Below, one piece after another: positions 14,926 to 25,002 of a stretch of 64,000 nt of DNA. The position numbers and the translations under genes are program-made. Every line of letters begins with the position of its first letter. Position 1 is the first letter of the stretch. The stretch comes from Phaeosaccion multiseriatum (taxonomy: Eukaryota > Protista > Ochrophyta, other classes): NCBI GenBank assembly GCA_965112735.1, contig OZ218957.1:2542001-2606000 (forward strand). The letters are read 5' to 3'. Under the pieces are notes generated by a model that did no database searches, was not told the origin of the DNA, and saw only the letters and a program-made list of their open reading frames with translations.

Positions 14926-15266
14926 CTGACCAACGACTGACCAACGACTGACCAACGAACCAACGAACCAACGAACCAACGAACTAACCACCTACCTCTG
15001 CTGTCCGTTCTTTCCCTCTCCCTTTACTCAGCTATTTTATCGCTTCCACAATCTCCGAGCCTTCAAACCCGTCTCCCAGGGGGGAGAGGATGGAGAGAGA
15101 GTGGAGGTCGGGCTTTGCCTCTTCTTCAACAAGTGGGAGAGCCCCGGGATCCGGTTCCACCTCTTGAGCGACTTCTCCTTTTCGGATGACGAGGCGGATT
15201 CTGCCTCGCCTGCTGGCGGAGGGGGCTCTACTCCGGCTGGGGGGGGGGGGGGGGGGGGCCCCCTCC

Positions 15267-15496
15267 TGTTGAAAGTCAGTATTATGTCAATGGCCCAGGC
15301 CCAGGGGGGCCCCAAATACGGTGAGAAACGGTGCGTGGCCCGTTTCTCACTCACCTCCCAGCAGGTTGGTCGTTTAGGATGGCTCACGGATAAAGCTAAT
15401 AGAGACAAGGCTGGCTGCCAGCTGGCTTTGGGGTTGCTATTACCTTGTCCATGCGGCTACTCCTATCCTAGGTGGAGAGCAACGTGACTCTTTACA
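15267..15496 (+). mobile_element. Solo-LTR-like (TG..CA) element, diverged copy 1
   Basis: Begins TGTTGAAAGTC and ends GACTCTTTACA. Colinear along its length with 18366-18563, with single-base indels. No TSD visible. Confidence 0.6.
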
Positions 15497-15620
15497 CCAG
15501 CACCAGACCCAGCAGGAGAGGCAGCAGCAGTACCAGAGCCAGCACCAGCACCAGCACCAGACCCAGCAGTGCCAGAGGCTGCAGCAGTACCAGAGCCAGC
15601 ACCACCGCCCGCACCAGACC

Positions 15621-16277
15621 CAGCAGGAGCAGGAAAGGCACCAGCAGGGCCTGAGAGTGAGAGGATGCGCGAGTTGCGGCAAGAAGCGATGTGGGAAGCA
15701 TCTCGCACACACACGAGAAGGACAGCCAAAAAGGGGTGCCCTGGGAGACGCCACAATTCTGGATTGCACCTGATGAAGCCCAACACAGCCTCCAAGCAGC
15801 AGAGCCGGGCGGAGGATGCCTTTTGGCGATACTCCCCATCCTGGGTGATGCCAGACTCAATGCCAAAGTGGGGATCGAATTCATCCACACCGAGCTGTTT
15901 CCCTTTCTAGCCAAGACCTTTGGCGAGACACATTAAATATAATAATGTGTCTCGCCAAAGGTCTTGGCTAGAAAGGGAAACAGCTCGGTGTGGATGAATT
16001 CGATCCCCACTTTGGCATTGAATCTGGCATCACCCAGGATAGGGGAGTATCGCCAAAAGCAAGGCATCCTCCGCCCGGCTCTGCTCCTCGGAGGCTGTGT
16101 TGGGCTTCATCAGGTGCAATCCAGACTTGTAGCGTCTCCCAGGGCGCCCCTTTTTGGCTGTGCGTCTCGTGTGTGTGCGAGACGCTTCCCACATCGCTTC
16201 TTGCCGCAACTCGCGCATCCTCTTGCTCTCAGGCCCTGCTGGTGCCTTTCCTGCTGGTGCCTTTCCTGCTCCTGCTG
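15621..16277. repeat. Long fold-back inverted repeat, arms about 315 bp
   Basis: 15621-15935 is the reverse complement of 15943-16277, with scattered mismatches and a 15-bp duplication in the right arm. Loop AATATAA at 15936-15942. Confidence 0.97.
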
Positions 16278-17002
16278 ATACGAGTCTCCGCTCCCTCTCT
16301 GCCCTCGCCTGCATTATGGATGCCCTTCCAGAGGGGGTGGAGCCAGACGATGAGGAGCCCCAAGAGCAGCAGGAGGGCGTCCTGCGCTTTACCTTTTCAT
16401 CAAGCCAAGTTGGCACGATTCGGGGCCACCTCCGGCCGGGCCATGAGGAGCAGGGGCATCAGGAGCTACAGCTGGAGGACTTGCTGCCCTCGGTCTTTCA
16501 GTCGCTCTTTGTGGAGTTAGCTAAGCCAGCAACGCTTGTGCTGGCTGCCTGCGAACCGCGGGTCAATGTTGTGAGGCTCCTCAGGGACACGCTCGCCATT
16601 TGCAAAATGAGTGCTCCAGAGGCGGACGAGGAGGAGGGTGGGGAGGATGAGCAGGCGGAGGGCCGGGGGGAGGAGGAGGAGGAGGAGAAGGAGGAGGGTG
16701 AGGAGGATGAGCAGGCGGAGGGCCGGGGGGAGGAGGGGTAGGGTGCCTCTGCTGTAGCACCAGCTGCTGCGCCTGCTGCTGTAGCACCAACTGCCTCTGC
16801 TGGAGGACCAGCTGCTGCGCCTGCTGCTGTAGCACCAACTGCCTCTGCTGGAGGACCAACTGCTTCGAACGCCGCGAAGTGGGCGCCCGAGTGGGACGAG
16901 GCTTGGATGGACTTTCGTAAACTCCCGGCCGTGGAAGATTGGCCGGAGGAAATGAAGACAGCAGTTGAAACATGCTTGCATGGCATCCACGTCACCAAAA
17001 AG

Positions 17003-17497
17003 AAAGGGAAGGCAAAGAAAGAGGAAGTAGACGACCTGGCGCTCAAGGCCTTGGACCTAGCCTGACGGTTGACTGGCATCTCCGCTCGCCCACAATCAAC
17101 GAGAAGGAGTCCTCCGACTTGAAAGGCGAAGAAAGGTTGTGCACCCTTGTCACAAGCAATACGACGAAGGGAAGGCTGAAGGATCGCGGATCTCGGATCT
17201 CCTTCAGCCTTCCCTTCGTCGTATTGCTTGTGACAAGGGTGCACAACCTTTCTTCGCCTTTCAAGTCGGAGGACTCCTTCTCGTTGATTGTGGGCGGGCG
17301 GAGATGCCAGTCAACCGTCAGGCTAGGAGTGGGACGGTCCTCTGCTTGCTTCTCCTCCTCCTTGTCGTTCGGACACAGCTTCTTCTGGCCTCGTCGGCCT
17401 CATTCCAGCACGAATACTTGTGTCCGCCGTCTGTACGGATGCTTTCCAAGGCCTTGAGCGCCAGGTCGTCTACTTCCTCTTTCTTTGCCTTCCCTTT
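17003..17497. repeat. Long fold-back inverted repeat with a 117-bp asymmetric bulge
   Basis: 17056-17183 pairs with 17200-17327 (one T:G mismatch); 17003-17055 pairs with 17445-17497; 17328-17444 is unpaired. Confidence 0.97.
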
Positions 17498-17823
17498 GCC
17501 GTCAGATCTGAAATGAAAAACCAGCAGCAGCCACCTAGAGAGGCCACCAAAACTCAGGCGGTGCCACCAGCAGCGGCTCCAACGGCAGCAGCTCCAACGG
17601 TGCCACCCACAGCAGCTCCAACGGCTCCTACACCGGCGCCAACGACAGCAGCACCAACAGCAGCTGCAACAGCAGCTCCCACAGCGGCTCCAACGCCCAC
17701 AACGAACGCCGCGAAGAAGTGGCAAGATGGTAAGGGATGTGGAGGTTCTTCACACACACACACATACACACACACACACACACACGCAGACGCACACACA
17801 CACGCACACACACACACACGCAC

Positions 17824-17931
<108 letters not shown>

Positions 17932-18081
17932 CCACACACACACACACATACATCACTCACACATCACTCACACATCACACACACACACTCACTCACTGAT
18001 TCACTCACTCACTGATTCACTCACTCACTCACACACACCCACACACACACCCACACAGGAGAGGTGCGCTTCAAGAGCCAG

Positions 18082-18215
18082 ACGAGGAAGGAGCTCGGCA
18101 AGGAGTGGGCAGCTCCAATTTATTACACCGTCGGCGACCCTGACAGCCCTTTGCCAGAGTCGCCGACGGTGTAGTATATCGGAGCTGCCCACTCCTTGCC
18201 GAGCTCCTTCCTCGT
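18082..18215. repeat. 134-nt fold-back hairpin inside Fanzor exon 2
   Basis: ACGAGGAAGGAGCTCGGCAAGGAGTGGGCAGCTCC at 18082 is the exact reverse complement of 18181-18215; pairing continues with a few mismatches to a 6-nt loop. Confidence 0.95.
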
Positions 18216-18365
18216 GGAGCCGGGCGAGAGGGTGTGCTTATCCATGATTACGCTTCAGACGGCCGGGCCGGTGCACGTGGAAACATATTCGGAGCGGCTG
18301 AGAACACGGTCAGGGACGCAGAGAATGCCCGTCCACGTGGCATTGTCCTTCGAGTCTCAGCAGGG

Positions 18366-18563
18366 TGTGGAAAGTCAGTCGTATGTCAGTGGCCCAGGCC
18401 TAGGCAACGCCCGTTTCTCACTATCCTCCTGCAGGTGGTCGTTTAGGACAGTGCATAGATAAGCTAATAGATACAAGGCCGGCTGTCAGGCTAGCTTTGG
18501 GGTGCTGCTACCTTATCTGTGTGTCTAGTCCGTTTCGTGGAGGTCTAAGCACGACTTTCCACA
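18366..18563 (+). mobile_element. 198-bp solo-LTR-like (TG..CA) insertion with 11-bp terminal inverted repeat and 4-bp TSD
   Basis: TGTGGAAAGTC...GACTTTCCACA flanked by AGGG (18362-18365 and 18564-18567). Removing it plus one AGGG restores the frame SFESQQ-G-AHDGNLLYG. Confidence 0.85.
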
Positions 18564-21314
18564 AGGGAGCACACGATGGGAATCTACTATACGGGTTGCG
18601 AGGCCTCACAGAGCCCTCGCATTCGCGTTCGGAGGACGTGAGGAGGAAAAACCGTGGCAAGCAGCTTCTGAAGGCAGAGGCGAGGAAGCAGGCGGAGCAC
18701 CTGTGGTCCGGCCTCCAACGCCTTCCACCCGGTCTTTCGGCAGACGCCCGGCGCGAGTTGGAGTTGTTCTATGAGAGTCTCGTCAGGCGTCAAGTCACGA
18801 TGCTAAGGCGGCACGTGTACGGAGAGGGCAAGAAGAAGGAGGGGCAGCCTCCGCAGCAGGAGGAGGGGCAGCCTCAGCAGGGGGGGGAGGAGGAGCAGCC
18901 GCAGGAGGCAGGCATCGCGTCGTCTTTTGTGGAAGAGGGGGGTACTTGGGGCGCCGAGAGGCACGAAAAGGTGCGCCAGCTGCTCGACAAGGTCGTCGTC
19001 AGGGACGGCAAGGACGCCGAGAATCTCGAGCTCTGGAAGGGGGCTTGGCTGAAGGACCTGCCTACCTTGGTGAAGCAGCATGTGTTGGCCGTCTTCACGG
19101 CGTGCATCCCCCTCTGTGAGGGCGGGCACGAAGGACGTGCAGCGTGTAGTGGACCAGCGAGTGTCCCGGGCGCTGCAGGTGATGGGGTCGCTAGTCTGGC
19201 GCGGAGGGAGGGAGTCGAGACTGTGGCGCAAAGGGCGGGAGGTGCAGTTGTTCCAGGTGGCGGCAAAGCACGGGGGGGGGCATCTAAGCAGGCGTGCCAT
19301 GGGAATGGGGGGCTGTTGCACGGTCGCGGGTGCAGAGAGTACGGCCAAGACGTTCTCACGGATGGGCGATTTCATCCGCGTGGTGGGCCCTGCCAAAGAC
19401 GCCCTTGGCAAGGGTGCCAACCCAACTCGCTGGAGGGAGTGCTTCACGGCGGAGGAGCAGTCAGCGGACCCCTTCTTTGTCGGGGGCATCGATCCCGGGT
19501 ACAATGTCATGCTGACGGTGTGTGACCCTGCTCGGGAGTGCTACTGGAACATCGGCCAAGGGTGGGCGGCCCGATCCCTCACGAGCCACGGGCACCAGCA
19601 ACGTCGATTGCAGGCCAGCATGGAGGCAAACGCACCAGCAGGGAAGGATGGAAAACCCGCACAGAACCCGAAGTTGCGGAACCTCTTTCGACGCGCCATG
19701 GGCGAGCGATGGCGGTGCATATCGAGGAACTCTCGTCGCGCCAATGACGTGGCCAAGAGGGCATTGCGTTGCTTATTGGACACTGCGGTTCTCGGCGAGG
19801 TGGAGGCGCGCGTCAGGCGCGGCAAGAACACCAACCCCTACCGCTGCATGTTGCGCATGGGGGAGCTGCGGCAGAGCCTCAAGCAGGTGAGCTTCAAACA
19901 GCCATGTCTCCTCGCTGCTAGCTTCCTTGCCTTGCCTCCTCGCTCCTTCTCGTTGCATCGCTTGCTTGCTTGCCAAATTTGTCCCTTCACTCAGCCATGC
20001 ATCTCCTCCCTCGCTCCTCCTGGTTGCCGTGCCCAACACCGCCGCCACCAACACAGGCCAACACCAACGGCGCCGCCTGGAGGGTGGGAACGCGCCCGAC
20101 CGTGCTTGTGGGGCAAGATGAGACGTACACCACGTCATCATGCTCTAACCCCGCCTGCGCAGCCATCCTGAGCAACGTCGGCCCGGTCAAAGTCGTCCAC
20201 TGCACCCAGTGCGGCGGCTACCAGCACCGCGACGCCTCGGCAGCGCGAGCCATCTTGGCCTGCGCTCTCTACGAGGTGAAGGAGTACTTCACCAATCCAG
20301 AACCCCAATCTTCCCAAAGAGGCTCCAGCGCCAGGGAAAACCCGCTGCCGGGATAATGAGCAGATGGTAAGTAGGTAGGCGGCACCCCCCTCCTCTGGTA
20401 CCAGTCTGCCTACTCATCAACCCCCCCCCCCCCCCTCCCCCTTTGCTGCGTGCCTCGCTCCGTTTCACCCCCCCCTCCCGAAAACAACCAAAAATCCCCC
20501 GATTTGCCCCGAAAAACTCGCTCCAAATTCCAAATCCACGCCTTTGCGCATCCACCCAAATATAAAAAAACGAGCTGGGGACGGGTTATCGTGTGTATCT
20601 GTGACTTCAATCCTATCCACGCCTCGCTCGGACTGCACCCCGCCCCGCCCCGCCGCGCCGCGCCTGCTGCTCTCCCCGCCCTTCCTGCGCATCACGTATG
20701 GCCAGGAGAGGAAGGAGGCGACCACCGACTCCAACGCCAACAGAACAGTAGGTATTGACCGCCCTCGAAGCTCCCTCCCTCCCTCCCTCCCTCTCTCTCT
20801 CCCTCCCTCCCTCCCTCGCTCGCTCGGGTGTATGGGTAGGGTAGGGGAGGTGCGAGCAGAGCCCTGCTGTGCTCTGCTTCCTCCCTCGCTCGCTCGGGTG
20901 CATGGGTAGGGTAGGGGAGGTGCGAGCAGAGCACAGCAGGGCTCGGGGGAAGGGGAGGGCGGTCGGTGTGTGGGGTGAGTAGGGTTCAAAGCCTTGAGTA
21001 TGTACCAACTGTGTGGGGTGAGTAGGGTTCAAAGCCTTGAGTATGTACCAACCCTACCCATACACCCACACATCGCCCTCCCCTCCCCTCCGAGCCCTGC
21101 TGTGCTCTGCTCGCTTGGGAAGTGGGTCCGGTATGCATGCATATGTATGTATACCGGTGTGCATGTATATGTATGTAAAGTGAGTCACATGTTTAGGTAG
21201 TCACACACTCTGTCTTGTCGCCAGTCCACAACGCCGATCCATAAGTGCCCATCGACACACGACTTGTGTCCGTCCAAAGCGAAGGTCCAAAAACTGAAAC
21301 CGTCCCTCATCGTA

Positions 21315-22117
21315 TCATAAGCTCTTCATATAGTCGTCGCCAGCCCCGTCCTCTCCCTTGCTTTCCTCATAGCCGTCACCCCCACCTCCTCCTCCTGAGC
21401 GGTACGTGCTCTTGGACTTTCCTGCGCGCCTCTGTCTGGCCACCCACAACAGCAAACCCACGAGAATGGCCAAGGAAAGCACTGCAACCACCTCCTTCGA
21501 GTTGTTGCCCGTGGGCTCTGTTTGCCCAGCTCCGCCTGGCTTCCGACTTGCTTCAAGGCCGATCCCCTCCTTCTCCGCCCGTGACTTGGCGTGAAGCATG
21601 GCATACTCTTGCGCTGCTGCCTCCTTCGCTCCCACCTTCGCTTGCGCCTCCACGAAGGACCTGTGCGCCGGACCGTCCTGTGATGATCGTAAGCCAACAA
21701 ATAGAGAGAGAAGCACACACATGCACAGAGGTGCACGCACACACACACACACACGCACACGCACACACATACATAGAGCCGTGTAAGTGAGTGCTCTGGA
21801 GAGGGATGACAGTAGCCAGTGCCGTCCCCTCCCTTTCTTCGAGAGGTGCACCTGCCGTTCACTGATGTATGGAAAATGACACACACGCACACACACACGC
21901 ACGCACACACATGCACACACACGCACACACACATACACACACATTTTCCTCTCATCAAAAGCAGGAGCCCTCCTCTGCCATACCCCCCACACACACGCCC
22001 ACACACACACACATACATATACTACGAAGTATATATATATATACCCACCCACACACACCCACACCCACACACATACACATACCCACACACACAATTACAC
22101 ATACCCACACACACAAT

Positions 22118-22165
<48 letters not shown>

Positions 22166-25002
22166 GCTCACTCACTCCATCACTCACCGGAGACTTGCCC
22201 AGCACTTCTCTAACCCAATCCACCTCAAGGCCCTCCACCAAGTGGTTCTCCGTCATCGGCTCGGGGTCTTCGTCAAATGGCACAAAGTCCACCAAATTGC
22301 AGCTGGCCGTGGGGTGGCCCCTCCAGCTCCTTGTGGAGAAGTCAACAAGCGTGAAATCCTCCAACTGCTCGAGCGTCCGCTGTTTGCCGAGGCCGTAGGG
22401 GCCGTAGCGAATCTCGTCTATCTTGGCGGGGTCAGTTTCCCCGCCTGGCATGCCGAGGAGGGTCCACAGCCGAACCTTTGCCGACTGTTATTTTTTCATG
22501 TGTTTTTTTATTGTGGTTTGGTTGTGGTTTTGGTGGGGGTTTGGTTGTGGTTTTGGTGGGGGTTTGATTGCGGTTTAGGTGGGTTTGATGGTGGTTTTGG
22601 TGGGGTTTGATTGTGGTTTTTGGTGGTGTTTTTTTGTTGTGGTTTTGGTGGGGTTTGATTACGGTTTTGGTGGGGTTTGATTGCGGTTTTGGTTTGGTAT
22701 GGCACGGGCAAGGCGCAACATAAGGTGAGACAACACAAGCAGGGAGGCAGACAGGCACGCACGCACGCACGCACGCACGCATGCACGCAAAGCAACACAA
22801 ATGGGGGGTGGGGGGGAGGGGAGAGAGGAGAGAGGAGGGTGGGGGGGCGTCAATGCCACAGGGAGAAGGAATGACTGAAGCAGAGCACAGAGGGTTGGCC
22901 AGGGAGGGTAGAGCCTGTCAGGTGTCAGGACAGAGGGACCCAACCGCTCGAGAGAGAGGCGTCGTCGCATGGAAGGAAAAGTCACTCTCCCTTAGTCTCT
23001 CCCTCCCTCCCTTAGTCTCTCTCTCCCTCCCTTAGTCTCTCCCTCCCTCCCTTAGTCTCTCTCTCCCTCTCCTTCCCTCTCTCTCTCCCTCCCTTAGTCT
23101 CTCTCTCCCTCTCCCTCTCCCTCCCCCCCCCCCCGTTCTCTCTCTCTCACCCGCACAAGCTCCGGCGGCACCTTCCTCAGGGGGCTCTGCCACTTATGCG
23201 CGTTGGGTGTGGCGCCCATTGTGTGTTCGTAATCATGCCCAATGTTGCTCACACTCGGGGTGTACACGTCGTAGCCGTGCGTCCACAGCCTGTTGTTGTT
23301 GTTGTTGTTGTTGTTGTTTTTGTTGTAGTTGTTGTAGTTGTAGTTGTTGTAGTTGTTGTTGTAGTTGTTGTAGTTGTAGTAGTAGTAGTTGTTGTTGTTG
23401 TTGTAGTTGTAGTAGTTGTTGTTGTTGTTCAGAGAGGAGCATAGAGGGATAGGGGAGGGAGGTGGGAGAGGGGAGGCGGGTTGAGTTGGGCCAGAGGGGG
23501 GGGGGAGGAGGAGGTGGGGGAGGAGAGGTTTGGATTAAAAGGGACCGGAAGGGCGCCCACCCAGTGTCGGTATCGATATTGATGTTTGAGTATCGGGGGG
23601 CGGGCTAGGGTGTGCGAAACATGACATAACACACACCAACAAAGACATGTGAAAAAATACCACAATAATATACCCAACACGTACGTCACACACATGCGTA
23701 ACCAAACCACGGAATCACGTAACCCACCTGGCGAACTTGCTGAACTCCTCCCCGTCGAAGATTTGGTGCAGATGCGGGTCGTAGGGCACGGCCTTCTCGG
23801 CGTGGCACTTGGAGAAGCTGTACCCCGCCCCCCACGTCGTCGCCATCTTGGGCTCCTTTAGAGCTCGCACGGCCTTGGCCTGCTCGTTGCGCACCTGTTG
23901 TCAGTAAGTCAATGAGCCAGGGAGGAAGGGAGGCGCGAGTCGGCGAGGAAGCGGGTCAGCAAGACAAGTCATAGCCGTGTGGGAACTTCCCTCCCTCCCT
24001 CTCTCTCTCCCTCTCTCTCTCCCTCTCTCTCTCCCTCCCTCCCTCTCTCCCTCTCCTCTCTCACCTGATCTCTAAACAACAGCTCGCAAAGATGAGCCGT
24101 CTCCGTCCTGTGCTGATCGTGCATCTGTGACATGCTCTCCACATACGTGCTCAGCACCGCGTACTCGTTGTTGGGCTTTGCCCACTCCACGAACATCCTG
24201 GCGTCCCAGTCCTGTACGTAATCCATGTGGCTGTCCGTCTGCATACAGAAGTCTTCGTCGCGCATGGTGTAGTACTGCAAGTGACGGCCCCAGCAAGGGC
24301 CGTGGGCATCTGCCGCTTCTACGCGGAGCATGCGGATGTTGTCCCGATACGGGCACTTCCACTTCTTCCGCCACCCCACTCCCTTTTGCCCTACTTTCCG
24401 TCTCTCCTGTGCCTCGTGCTGCTCCATGAGTTCACAATACTTGTCCAGGCAGTCCTCGTCGATGGCCTAAGAAGATCAGTCAAGTGAGTCAGAGCGGGTC
24501 AAGTGTGTCAAGTGTGAATGTGAAAAACGCAACTGCGGCGAGGGAGGGATGGTTGGAGGGAGGGGAGAGCGTAGATGCCCCCGATGCCTCCCTCCTCTTC
24601 CTGCTGCTGCTGCTGCTGCTGCTACTACTACGTATCTCCCACCTCGTTTTGTTGCACCACACCCGTCATGATTCGATGCGGGTACTTGGCCTTCGTGTAC
24701 ATATTCTTTAGCGTAATGCCGCAGCGCGGGTCTCGGAAGGAGGCCATACCCACCCACAGCTCCGTCTGGGGATATCTCCAGGAGTCCGTCTTGATTGGAT
24801 AAGGCTGGGGTCCGTCTATCCGTTTCGTTATGGGCACCCACTTTTTTGATATCCGCCCGTCCCAAAACTCTCCAATCTTTATCCTCTCCCCCTCCGGCTG
24901 TGGAACGAAGTTGGCATCGCCTCTCCTCTCCTCACTCGCCTGTCTCCTCCCTCCCCCACCCCCCTCCCTTTCCTTGTGTATTCGGTCCTGGAGGCCCTGC
25001 AT
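21315..25002 (-). CDS. GT60-family GlcNAc-transferase (Gnt1/Skp1-GlcNAcT-like) with C-terminal transmembrane helix; multi-exon, 5' end uncertain
   Basis: MASFRDPRCGITLKNMYTKAKYPHRIMTGVVQQ, DAHGPCWGRH, FCMQTDSHMDYVQDWD, NNEYAVLSTY, PYGLGKQRTLEQ; hydrophobic VVAVLSLAILVGLLLWVA near the C-terminus. Confidence 0.8.

Noticed and set aside
11626-14991. 1000+ aa minus-strand ORFs (HSLT/QSVS repeats)
   Set aside because: Stop-free translations of the tetranucleotide satellite, with no protein features.
18366-18563. Repeated structured element as Fanzor omega-RNA or HDV-like ribozyme (GTTTCT..GCTAAT-AGAGAC resemblance)
   Set aside because: It has TG..CA ends, a TSD, and interrupts the Fanzor frame, which an insertion explains. 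The L3 and P4 regions do not fit the HDV fold, and omega-RNAs lie 3' of TnpB/Fanzor ORFs.
19080-20356. Bacterial IS200/IS605 tnpB contamination
   Set aside because: The gene carries in-frame spliceosomal introns, one with host-style (CA)n repeats, and is embedded among eukaryotic genes; no tnpA is present.
21131-21176. Apparent hairpin centred on ACCGGT
   Set aside because: Alternating purine-pyrimidine low-complexity sequence is trivially self-complementary.
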